Shown: piece by piece, positions 23,817 to 36,875 of the stretch
Layout: each line of letters opens with the position of its first letter
Position numbering within the stretch: the first letter of the stretch is position 1
Assembly: GCA_043228905.1 (NCBI GenBank)
Contig: JBHGNT010000003.1
Span: forward strand, 6,076,001-6,140,000
Source of the DNA: Azolla caroliniana
Lineage: Eukaryota; Plantae; Polypodiophyta
DNA length: 64,000 bases
Direction of reading: 5' to 3'
Program-made: the position numbers and the translations under genes
Notes under the pieces: generated by a model
What the model was told of the DNA's origin: nothing
Seen by the model: the letters and a program-made list of their open reading frames with translations, nothing else
Database searches by the model: none

Positions 23817-26800
23817 TTATAATTGTTTAATTGATTCGTATGCAGCCATGTACTCATCTGCACATTGCCCATCCCATGAGAAGTCTTTCGACATTCCATT
23901 TCTCATGATTTCATCCCACCTTTGAGGATTGTTGGCCTAAAAGAAAAGAACAAACCATCAACCATTTTTGTGACATAACCATCTCGGAATCAGGTTCAAG
24001 ATATAACTCTTACTTTACAGTCAATGGCACGTCTCAAAGCTAGTGACAATTCATATGGCGTTGACTTAAAAATGAAGGCGTTTGCTTCCCTTGAATGGGA
24101 TATGCTATCAACATCAATTATGCCGTCACTGAAGCAGTAAAAAAGTTTATGACTCATTGCTTCAAATTAACACGCAAAATAACTTCTCTTGAAATTGAAA
24201 TAATAAGAAATTAAAAAATGAAGTTTGACCAAACCACTTGCTTTTGATCAGTCTCCTTAATGGTGACTGGAACTGCTCCATATTGCATTGCAACAAACTG
24301 ATGCAGAGAACAAATCAGGTTATAGAGCACGTTAGTGATAGACAAACATTCAAATAAAGCATAACTGCTTGGAGATCCTCATGGTTTCTTACTGGTGTTT
24401 CTTCGTCGAGGGTCACAGTTACAAGGATGTCTGATGCTGCCAGAACTAGATGAGCTAGCGATTTCTCATATTTACAGAATGCTTTGACACCTTTCTCCTG
24501 GACAGACGACGATTAACTTCAGTAATGATAACACAAATTTCCAGCAAAAATGTCCACAACAAATAGCCAACAGCCATTACAAACGTGACAACAATTCAGC
24601 TGTCAATGATATCCCAAATCTTTGATCCGCGATTGCTAGTTTCTGAAACTGCATACAGAATGTAGGCTAGGGTTGAGACATCCTTACATAGTTCATAGCT
24701 TGTGGAAGGAATTTCCACATTCCGCACAGGTTACTCCAGAACAGACATACAAAAGGGTACCATATAGAAGGGGTGTTTGAAAGGAGGCCAAGAGGTTCGT
24801 TTTGGTATCACCTGTGTCTAAAGGTGAACTTGGAGGAGTGACGATAGAAAATGGCTGAGATTCAAAGAAAATACACAGAAGGACATGGATAAGATCAACG
24901 TTAGGATTTGGTGTGCAACCTACTGTGTTAAGGGATGTGTATTTTAAAACATGTCAACCTTATTGGAAAGGAAACTTTCTAGCTTTGCAATCTATTAATA
25001 TTCTAAAAATATTATCCAAAAGCATACACATGATATTATAGCTTGCTATAATAAAAACAAGTGTACTATTTACTTAAGAACCCACGTAACGTCATACAAA
25101 GGTGATGCAATCCATCACAGAAAAAAATATTAATTACATAAACCCAAACGATATTGTAGAAGGGCAATTTGTCTACACATATGAGCAATGTTACATTGCT
25201 GTCAACGATCAATTCTTCTATTCTTCATACCTGTCCAAACTTCACAATCACTCCATATAAACTATTCAAAATTGGTCTCATTTCTTATCTTTAAACAATT
25301 TCTCATTTTCATAATAAAATATTGTCTTTCACCTTTATATTATTCTTGAATAACCAATGCACATAAATCCTTTCCAAAATGATTGCATGACACTTTAACC
25401 ACTCTCTTATGTAGGCATGTAATTTAGACAAGGGAACTTCGCCACAAATGACCACATAATCCAGTAATCAGATTTTGCATATCTATTTTTCTATCCCAGT
25501 CATATGATTCTTTCAGAATATTCTTAGATCTCATGCAACATTTTTGAAGGAGTGTTACGGGCTAAAACAAACTCCTTGACAACGGGGTATCTTTTGGCCT
25601 TTGCTCAATGTGATAGGCTGAAAAGGTACACTTATGTTTTTGTATCATTTATATCAATCCTTCCAAAATCGTTTCCAACATACCTTTCTTGGGATACCTA
25701 AAGCATTCACTCTGCGTACCCCATCTTAGTGTCATACTAAAGATATTTTCCGCAAGCCCTAAATCTTTCATTGCAAAGGCTGAATATAGCTAGTCTTTCC
25801 GTGCATTAAGAGTAGTCCTTTTACCAGCAATAAGCATAACATATACATATAGCATCAATATGATTGAACTGACACCCACATCCTTTTTTGTGCAAAGAGC
25901 ATGATCGGCATTGCTACTTTTAAACCCATGTGATAAAATAAAAGCATCAAACTTTTTGTACCAGTGACTGTCTAGGAGTTTCTTTGGGCCCATAGAGACT
26001 CTATTGAGTTTGCACACTAAACATTCCTTACCAGGAATTGCAAACCTATCTAGCTGTTCCATACATCGTTTTCTTCAATGTCACCATGCAACCAATGGTC
26101 CTCTATCTATTGTCAAAAGCTTTCATGCCTGAATGTAGATAATTGCTTATTGACACTGCTTGACTAATCCAACTACACAGACACTACTTTTCTCATCAAA
26201 TGTGCTTGATTTTATAGGCATAGTTTGAGATTGCACTTTTCCTGACACAAATCTACAGGGATACAAAGTGTGTATAACTGCTGATTGAGCTGAGTGTGCA
26301 GTACAGTGTCGAACGCTTTTCAGAAATCCTCAAGTCAGCAGCAAACCCTCTTTTTATGGGCTTTTTCTTCCTCAATCGGGGCTCAGAGGGTCAATATGTG
26401 ATCCAAAGTTGTGAGCCCCTTATAAAGTCTGTCCAGCTGAATGGCATCACTGGGTCTCCGCTCTTAAAATTGGCACAATGGTATGTTCTGTCCAGAAACC
26501 TTCACACATAGCTCTAGTAAAGATGTATGCTAGAAATGGACGCAACTTGTCATGGACATATATAAAATACTCACCTATCAATCCATCATGATCCTGGGAA
26601 TCTGTCCTTACAGAGCCATTGCAAATACATATAGTCATGTGTAAGGTCTCATACACCATACACCAGCATGCAGCTGTCTTCTCTATAATAATGACCAATT
26701 TTCTTTTCCATATCTATAAAATGGATGATCAAGGCTTCAGGCCTAGACTGATCTCTTCCCACCCTCCATGCTGAAGCAAATGGAATATCTAATGTCCCAA

Positions 26801-29800
26801 CCTATGTTCCAAGATTCCTCACGTCTTCTTCTGGGTTTCCTTTTTCAGCCCAGCCAACAACTCACACAAATAATGCACAATATTTTCTTTTGGCTGCTTC
26901 TTCTAATGCCGCATTTCATCATTTCCATCTCTAAAAGTGCATCAGCAACTAGCAGATTGAGAAGCATATATGGTAAAAAAAAGTAGGGTACCATGTGACG
27001 AGAGTATTTAGAGAATGAATAAATAAATAAAACTCAATGCAAACTTGAAAGAAACCTTAAGAGGTCAAATTGACTATAAAGAAACAGATTTGAACCATCA
27101 TGCAGATCCAAAAATTTGCAGAATTCTAGAATGGCTTGGCGAACAGGTTATTGATAATATGAAGAAAAAATGGGAAAGCTCGTTCAGGTTCAAGAACTAC
27201 AGCTAGATCTTGCTGAAGCATAATGTATGTAAATAGGCAGCAACTATGTTGCATACCATTTCTCATCAGCAAGCTACTTCTAGTACAGATGGTAATTATA
27301 TTGTAGAAAATTCCTTTTCATTAAGATAGTATTTATTACTACTTGAAAGTACCCATGAAATAGAGAACCTCCAATCAAGAGGATTCAGTATACTCATAAT
27401 TCACCACATCTTCCAGTTTAACCAAACTCTTTCTTCATTTGTGCTCATATTGTGCATTCTTTGATATGCATTATACTCTCCTTCATCAATGGTTGTCAGA
27501 ATGTTTTTCATAAATACGTAATACATTAATGAGGTTGAACATATTATACCTGTAGCATTTCCAGAGCCCTTTGCACACTTTGAACCTTACTTTCTCCTAT
27601 GAAGACAAACTGCATAAATCAGTCATTTACAGTCTGTGAAAAATTCCAATCCTCCTGTACGAAATTGAACACCATAATACACAATAAAAAAATACGACAA
27701 AATTTGAGGAAAAAGAATTGTTGAAAGATTTCTCTATGAAGGTGTTTACATGAGATCCCTTAGTCGCTGCACATTCTGAGGCTGCCTTGATGAATTCAAG
27801 CTCTGACTCTGAGATAACAGGTGCTACGCAACCAATCTATTGCATATAATTCATTTCTAGTCAAAATCCTGAACAATAGCATTCCTTACATACAAGGATG
27901 CTGAAATAACTGTATGATGTGCTTCTTTTGAAAGAAAAAGATATCTGATAATATCATTCAAAATCTGATACAAGGACCTGATTTAAGGATACATGTAAGA
28001 TTCTCTAGTCAGATATATTGTACTTTTCGGCACACTTTTTACACACATCTGATGAAGGATATTATCAGACTGCTTATATGGATATGTATCCATCCCATGT
28101 GTTCCACAGTGTATAGGACAGCTGCAAACTTCTTCCCATTAGTTAGAGATTGAGGTAGGCAGATATGCACAAATACCTCAAGAAAAAAGAATTTGCCAAT
28201 TGTGTCATTAGGGAGTGGAATTTGAAGAACATTATGTAATGCTGTTTTTTATGAAATAAGAGGGAGATACCATTGCCTCTTTAAGCAAGGTAATGGAATA
28301 TGAGGACAAACTGTACCTAGGACTTTTCTTACCAGAACTCAAGAGACACATGGCGAAGGTATGGTTTGGCCCACCACAAAGAGATCAAATAGCTTCATAA
28401 AGACAGATAGCTCACCAGGGGTATGGAGATACTAGAAGCAACCAAACCAAGTTTTTGCTTCAAATAAGATTTGCATGCCAGCTTGCCTGATAAATTTTCA
28501 TAAGAATAGCATGATGGTAGGTATTGGTCAGCAGAAGGGTTCCAAAACTCATCGATCCCATTACGGATATGCACAACTTTTTTTCTGGATGTCAATCAAA
28601 TTTTTAAATATCAATCCCATCACATGTATGAATTTTAATGTTATGAATCCACTGTAAGCTTGGCAAGCACTTAGAAGCTTACTTGTGTATTAACAAAGTA
28701 GAATCCAGACTTTCACCATGGTTCCCTGATTTTATATTTTGTGTTACAAATGGAATTGTCACTTTGTTTGCATAGACAACCCCTCCCTGCAGATATTGCA
28801 TATTAAATAAACATTAACAGAAACGTCTTGAACTCACATATCCTCCTTAATCAGATTTCTTGCCTTCAAGATGTTCACAAGACTTCTGTCCATATTATCT
28901 TGGAAGCGATCAGGCATATGTAGGCTCCGGGGATCCAGACCACAAAGACTTAATTTTTGAGGTTCTTCTAAACACTGGAAATTTAGCATCCACCAACACA
29001 TAACCTCGAGTTTGACCATAGAAATAAATAAATAAATAAAGCATTTTGAAGATATGATACCTGATTCTTGATATCATTACAGGTCAATAAAATTCTTGTT
29101 CCACCCAAACCCTGTTCCAAAACAAACAAAGATTAGTTTGACCAGTATTAAATAGTCTTGAAATACGGACTCTCTTCCAAATTTCATCATGATTAAAAAG
29201 AAAAGTTGTAAGGATATTCACCAGAAATAAATAATTAATGTTCAACCCCAAGTTGTCAAGTTATCCCAATATGTATTGCGCCCAAATCAGGAGTATCTAT
29301 TGTGGAACCCAACCATATGGGTCAACGAGGTGTCAATGTAGGAAACCATAGATGAGTGGGACAGAAGAGGGAACTAGGGTAATAGAATTGATTGGACAGG
29401 TCAAATAGTCTATTGGCAAGTCAAGAAGTATGTACTTAGTCTTGAAGTATGTGCCATTGACTTTAAGCTAAGAACTATCTGGCACTAGCTTCTATCTAAG
29501 GAGCTGGGTCATATTAAATGACAAGTGAGTTACAGAAAAGGAATATCCCCACTCGTATCAACTGACTGCCACATTTAATCTGGCACTGAGATCAAATAGA
29601 GAATATAAATATCCACTCTCTTTCTCTTACACAGTGGCTGTGACCATTATCTGTCCCCACTAATTTTGTAGTCGACTAGTCCTGATCCCATCTAAGCTCT
29701 AAGGTGTGAGTACATGGGTGGACTACCATTCTGAGCTACACTCATATGTAATAGAAAGTTTGTTTTCAGATATACATCTCTTTGAGTGTAACTCTATATT

Positions 29801-32800
29801 TCTAACTAGTCCATTATCAATATTTCTAACAATTAAGATACATATAAATATAATAATAATATATATAATTAAGATGCATATAAATATAATATAATAATAA
29901 TAAGACATGATATTATTTCTAGGGAAATTTCTATGCAAGTGGAAAATTCTACCTACACAACATGCAAGGAACCAAACACACAAATTTTACTTTGTTTTGC
30001 AGATCAATAAATGCAATCATATTGGTTCGTGCACGCACAAGTGGCCTACGAGATGGATACAATTTACAGTGTGGAATAGATCGCCATATCGCATAGACCT
30101 GGCTGAGTTTGTTTTACATAGCAAGCTTCATACAGAATTCCATCATAAGATTATCAAAAAAAGTTGCTAAAGACTGAAACACAATTAATTGCAGTTTCAA
30201 CTGAAACACAGAAACATGATGCACATCCCAAATGCGAAGATCTCACAACGCCAAAAATAAGCATTTAGATCTGATGTAAAACATTGTTTCCAACATAAGA
30301 GACTATGAGCTTTAATCATAATTCTACAAGAGTGAGTAAAACATTTTCTGAGTTGCCCATTTTACAAGCCCAATTTATGGGTCTGAAATATTACTTTCTG
30401 CAATTCAAACCATTTCAGTTGAGAAGTTAAATAACAAACTTGTAAAACGTACTACACAGCAATCATCAATATTGACAATTGTAAAGACTGTTAACTATCT
30501 ACCGGATATCTCACTTCTAATGCTACAGTCTGGGGATACACTAAAGACTCCTTGTAAAAGTAGGGCAATAGAGAGAGAAGCCAAATTTGTAATGAGGTAT
30601 GACGGTAATGTCTATAACCTTAATACACTCCCAAGAGTGAACAGTACATAGATTAATATTGTTAAATAAGACAGAACTACATAGGTGAAAATAAAATCTT
30701 TTGCAGGAGCTCTTCCTCATATTCCCTAGATCTAAAGCTTAAAACTCTCTCTTCTTATAGGCCATTTTGGCCTCTTAAAAGATGTTAATATATCTTTCTT
30801 TCTTTCTTTCTTTCTGCTTAATTATATTGTTATAAGCCTAATCATTGTAATCACTTTAAGCTTGTAATTATCTTAAGCGTGGACTAATGGAGCTAAGGCA
30901 TGTTGATGATTTCTCACCTTGTTGCTCTTCTATCGAGTACTCAGATTGTGGCTAAATTTCACATGGGTTAGGCATTTAATTAATCTTGTGTAATTGATGA
31001 ACTCATCGGGTAAGATTGATGTTTGCTTTATACTCTACCTATATGTCAATACTTAGTTGTTTGTTTGTCCTTACTTCATGCATTGAAGTCTCCTAATAGT
31101 ACTATATCCCCTATAGTGACAAATCTTATAATATCCTCATATAATGGTTGATATGGTGATTCGCAAAGAGGTGCAAACCTACAGCAGATAGGTGAAAAGA
31201 AACAAATTGCAATGTATAGATCCCTAAGATTCCCTCTTTTGATTCGTATCCACTAGGAATCAGCAACAGTTCGGTTTCGGCTTAACTGGTTTGGAGGAGA
31301 TCAAACTTGAATTGAACCGGTTACTGATTTTTGGGTTTAATTTTGGCTTTTTTTTCCTCTCTCTCTTTCTTAAAAGACGTTATATTCTTATCTCTCTCTC
31401 TCTATCAGTTGAAAAGTGTATAAACGGCTTAACTGGTTTCTGCCAGTTAAGCAAAGCTCAAGCCTGGAACAAATCGCCAAACCGTTTAAAAACAGTCTAA
31501 CGGATCAGTTCAGGCTTGAGCCAAACTATTGCCGACTCCTAGTATCCACGTATAATGTGAATCTACATCCTTATGCACAACATACACTCTATCAAGGAGC
31601 TCTTGTTTGTATGACACAGCCACTCCTCTAGAGACTCTAGTGTTTCCTGGTATCTGTGGTTGGAGATGACAAACCAACTCCCATCTATATCCTTGTACAT
31701 CAGGGAGTTACAGGCAACGCATTATTGGTTCTTTGTATCCATAGATGAAGGTAACTTCAAAACACCCAGCATCTGTCCTAAACCATTGCAATTCCATAGT
31801 CATGCGTAAGGTATCATTGGCCATATCCCATCATGCAGCTGTCTTCTCTATAATAATGACCTTACAATCTGTATATACAGCCCATTTTCCCTCCTTTCTT
31901 GCTACAAGCACTAATGGATTTTTATTCAAAACTTTTTTTTCTGAGCTTCTCCTTGTTTTACAACATTCTTCATCATACCAACTATTTTGTGTGGCTCAAC
32001 CCCGTATTGGTGCAACTGTTGTATGTGCAGGCATTTGTGGCAGAATAATGCAACGACTTTGACAATCCTTGAGACCAAAAGACCAGAAAGGCCCATGAGT
32101 CCTAACAAATATGACAACTGTTTATGTTTATTCATGAATGAAAAAGATATGAAAAATGTCTTTCTACAGTAGCTTCCAAGAATAAATAGCTTAAAACGAA
32201 ATGATAGATTATGAATACAGTCAGGTTTGGCATATGATAATTGGAACTGAAATGGCTACCACCCTCTGAAAAGATCCAATCCACATTAAAGAGAAATGGC
32301 TGTAGTCATCATGACTCTCTGAGTAATTAATTCGCTTTGTCTGGATGTTGCTTGTACACCCTAACAAACGTCCCTAGTAACCATGCAGAAGAAATCTTTC
32401 AAAGTTTTCTGCCCAGATAAATCAGTGAGTGTTGATCACTCGATCAAAAGGCATCACGTGTCTCATTTTTTGAAGAAAGAAGAGCAGTGAGCATTTTTTA
32501 TCACTGTACTACATCACTTTAAGGACAGCTCCAGATACTTCTCTATTATGATATTTACCTCTGCTATCATAATAGACTTCGCAATGACATAATGATCCTC
32601 AGATGCAATATCTTGATTGCAAAGCTGGCAGGCCCAGTTCTCTAAAGCAATGTGTACATCAGTCAATGTCTATCCTCAGTTGAAATTATGTCCATTTTTG
32701 CTCTATCGCAGTGCAAAGGGCATCAAACATGTGTTTCCATATACTTAGCTTGAATAATGAAACCATCCAAAGATATCTGTATGAAGAGGGATTTATAATA

Positions 32801-35800
32801 GGTTTATCTTTAAGCCCAATTGTATTTTTGATTGATTCACGTACGTTTTATTTCCATCTTGATGATACTTAGCTAAACATAAAACGGTAGGATTTACCTG
32901 AAATCAACCTTCCAAATAACAACGATTGATTTCAACTTACTGTACTAGTTGTGTACATGGGGCAAGAGATACTTGTGGATAGTGATGCCAGGTAAATATT
33001 GAGTCCCATGTATACAAGTTACAGCTTCAAAAACCTCCTTTCTCGACTACTGGGCAGGTTTAATATCTAATGCACATTCTGCTGTTTTGCTCACTCTCAT
33101 GCAGTCAATCATGCTAACTAATCATTATATTCCCAAAGTACCAAATTATCGGGGGAAATTCATCTTCCAAACACAGCCAAGGACTATTTGCAAATCTAGA
33201 GTCTGAAAATCCTATTCATAATTTAGATACTGTGGATAAGGATTGGCAAAAATCTCTAAAATAGTCAAAGGGTGATATGCTTGATTGATTACATGTTTTT
33301 CCTGTTCTCTGGGTTCTTCTCTTCCTAAATCAACTAAAAGGACTGCTTAACTTTTCTCATTCTCGACCGGTCAGAAATCCAACATTCTTAAGATGTCATG
33401 AAATAACCATAACAATTATAAAGAAGGGTGAAAGCATGTGAATGGAAACAGTATTATAGGTAACATGTAGCTAGAATGACAACAACTAAGTAGTTTTTTT
33501 TATAGCTAATTTTTATTGGGAAAATCTTAAAGATACATATCATTTATTATGGGGATGGAAATATTACCATTTATGGTCCACATTTTAGTTGTTCTTTATT
33601 TGAGATCACATTCTAATAATCCCTAAAATTGCCAAAATATGCAAATTACATGCAGCTTTTTGCATAGCTAATTAGTTATGTCAAGGACACAGCTAATTGT
33701 TCCCATTCCCATGCTTTTACCCAGAAAGCAGTTCACAATCTCAAGATTCAGCACATTTACAATCAGTGAGCCTCTCACAAATCCTTACAGCATAAATACA
33801 AGAAAACAATCTTCCCAAATGAAAAACAAACCCAATAACTCACTTGTCCAGCAAAAATGTCCCAAAACATTGGCGCTACTATTGCAGTTTGCCAATTATG
33901 TAAATGCAATACATCTGGGCGCTTACCCGACTTCAATATATATTCTAAGGCTGCTCTACAGAAGTACGAAAACCTGCAAATCAAGAAAATGATCAGTGTA
34001 TCTACTACCGAAAGCAAATATATTCAAGTTCTAGCATACAAGAATCTCAATAGTCTGCTCATTCATCATTGCAGTATATTAATGTTTAGCACAGGCAAGA
34101 AAAGTTGATTCTTTTCTCCCAAGCTTTTTCTTGCTTTTAGGGGGAAACTGATTTGTCATTCAAACTCCTCCTAAATGTAAAGACATCTACATGTCCTGCA
34201 CCCTCTTCAATTGGATATTGAAAGAAAGAAAGCTATATTGTTGTCTTTTAAGAGGCCAAAATGGCTTTGTAAGACCAAACAAGAGATTACATCTTACAAT
34301 AGTTTCTCATCTTTAGAACAACAAACACAAAATAAATGTACCTAGACAGATGGTACTAAAGAATCTCAATGGCTTTCATTGCCTATAACTCGGGAGAAGA
34401 CGCACAGTAATAGTAAGCAGTTACATCATGACTCAGATATTAATGAAAATGGAGCAGATTTTCAGATTATTCAAAATCTATTATTCTACACTTGGATTTT
34501 TTCAACTCAATCATGGCATATTGATATGCTACATGTTAGCATATTACATATTTATTTATGATTCATAATTTGAAATGTACATTGTATCATTACATTGAAT
34601 GTCATGTTATTATTCATAATATATATGTAGTTATGTTTAACATACTTAAAGATTTTCTTATCTTGCATTTCTAACTAATCCAAAAACTCTAGTACAATCG
34701 TTTAGCCATTTTCTGTAATTATTTCCCAACATAGAATCCAATAATTGAATGTTGGCTAATAAGTTTTGCATGTGATTGTCGGTGCTCAGGTATGACGACA
34801 CATGGTTGTTTATGTCTGCAACAGAGCCCCTATATAGATAGTTCTCCATGTGATATAGCAAAGAACTCATCAATCAATGGAATGAGAACATGGTGCTCAA
34901 ATCAGGGTTTATAAACTTGCATCCTTTGGTTAGCATTCTTAAGGAAGTCCAGGCATACTGCTTTCATAATTGTATGTTCTTTTCCAAAATAGATGACAAG
35001 ATGGAATGTTTCTCATAACCCTTGTCCTCCATCCCCATTTCATGTGACCAACAGCCCTCAAGTATAATGACATGTGACAGTTTTTCATGTCCTCTAGGAC
35101 TCTGAGTTTCCATAATTTCAGCTGAACCTCAGTTTTTCCATTTCCTTGTTTTTTAGTGAAACAGGATTGTTACATATATGATATCAATGTCGGACTAAAT
35201 GTATAAAATAAAGAAAAGAAAAATAGTATCAATCCTAGAGCTGACAAAAAGGATTTGATTACATTGCATACAGGTAGAAACATCATTTACAATATAACTG
35301 GAAAAGGTAGAGAGAGAGGCCACCTCTCAAAGTCATCGCCATAACCATATATATGGTCTCTTTGAAAGAAACCACCAGGATGAAGTGGTTCAATAAATGT
35401 TATTCCAACTCCACGAGCCACCCTGCCTTCAGATATGACACACTAAATGTTACAGATCTTATTAATATGCAAAGCAAGACAGATCAATTTTTTGTAAAAT
35501 GCCACCCACCCAGTTGATATTTTATTCTTATGCCATTGCCCACCATAATATGAATAAAAATCGACCTCTGAATCCCTCAGATTTTGAACTTCATCCAACT
35601 TCAAAGTTGAATATCTGCAAAACAATACTATTCATATGCTATAGATGGACCTTGAAATATGTGATAGATAGGCTGAAATCCCAAACTTACTTAGGGAGGA
35701 TCACATCCACAAGGTTCCCTCTTCTTTGCATAGCACTACTTAGGTTGAGAACAAAATCTCCTAATTTCCCACACTCTGTAATTGGATTCAGCTCAGTGCA

Positions 35801-36838
35801 TATATGTGTTATATGCAATCCATATCTAAATATTCCAAATCACAGAAAACCAGTTAGTTTCTAAAGCATGCAACAGGTACTGTTAGGCAAGGGCTTTGGA
35901 CAAACTTTAAAATCTAAGTTGACCTTGTTTTAAATCTTTTGGGCAGCAAAAACATATCAGTGACTGGTATCTAATGGCTTTTGGGATCTCCTTAAACAAA
36001 GGTACTCAAGGTATATCATCAAAGAAAATTCTGAAAACAGAGATGATCATTGTCAGTATGCATAAATGCAACAATGGTTTGAGTTGCATGGCATAAGCAA
36101 AAAATCCTCTGCCCCTGTTCCAACATAGCTTGTCCCCATCTAAACATAACCAAAGCAGAAAAGAAAAGCATAGACTGATCTGAACTAATATTATCAACTT
36201 GGATAACAAAAGAACCTGATCAGCCCCACAACATCTCTTGGTAGGAAATGGCCCACTATTAAGGCACACACTTTTTGCACACATCGGAGGATGCATTTAT
36301 TATCAGGACATACATCTACCCTATGTGCTGGGAAGTGTCATAGGGCAGCTGTGAACCTCTTCACATCAGTTAGAGATTAAGGTAGCAGATATGCACGCAT
36401 GCCTTTAGAAGAAAGAGTTTTCTAATTGTGTCGTCGAATAGCATCACGCATGCCTTTAGAAGAAAGAGTTTTCTAATTGTGTTATGGAATTGAATCATGC
36501 ATGCCTTTAGAAGAAAGAGTTTTCTAATGTATGTCATCATGGAGTAGAATCTGAAGAACACTATGTCCATCATTGTGCTGTTTTTATGAAATACAAGGGA
36601 GATAACATTTCCTCTTTAAGCAATGTTTTGGCCCACTACGCAAGGTTATGGAATATGAGGACCAACAATGGCTAGGGCTGTTCTTGCTAGCTATCAAGAG
36701 ATACAGTGAGAAGTTGTTGAAGGACAACAATGTTTGGATTAAAGCCCCTTTAGGTTTCTCTAAAGACAAGACAACACTTAAGATGTAATCTCTTATTTGG
36801 TCTTACAGGCCATTTTGGCCTCTTAAAAGACATTAATA

Positions 36839-36875
<37 letters not shown>

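Noticed and set aside
26450-32170. Small ORFs at 26447-26986 and 31745-32172 inside SS5 introns as nested genes
   Set aside because: They share sequence with each other (CATGCAGCTGTCTTCTCTATAATAATGACC) and look like decayed repeat fragments.
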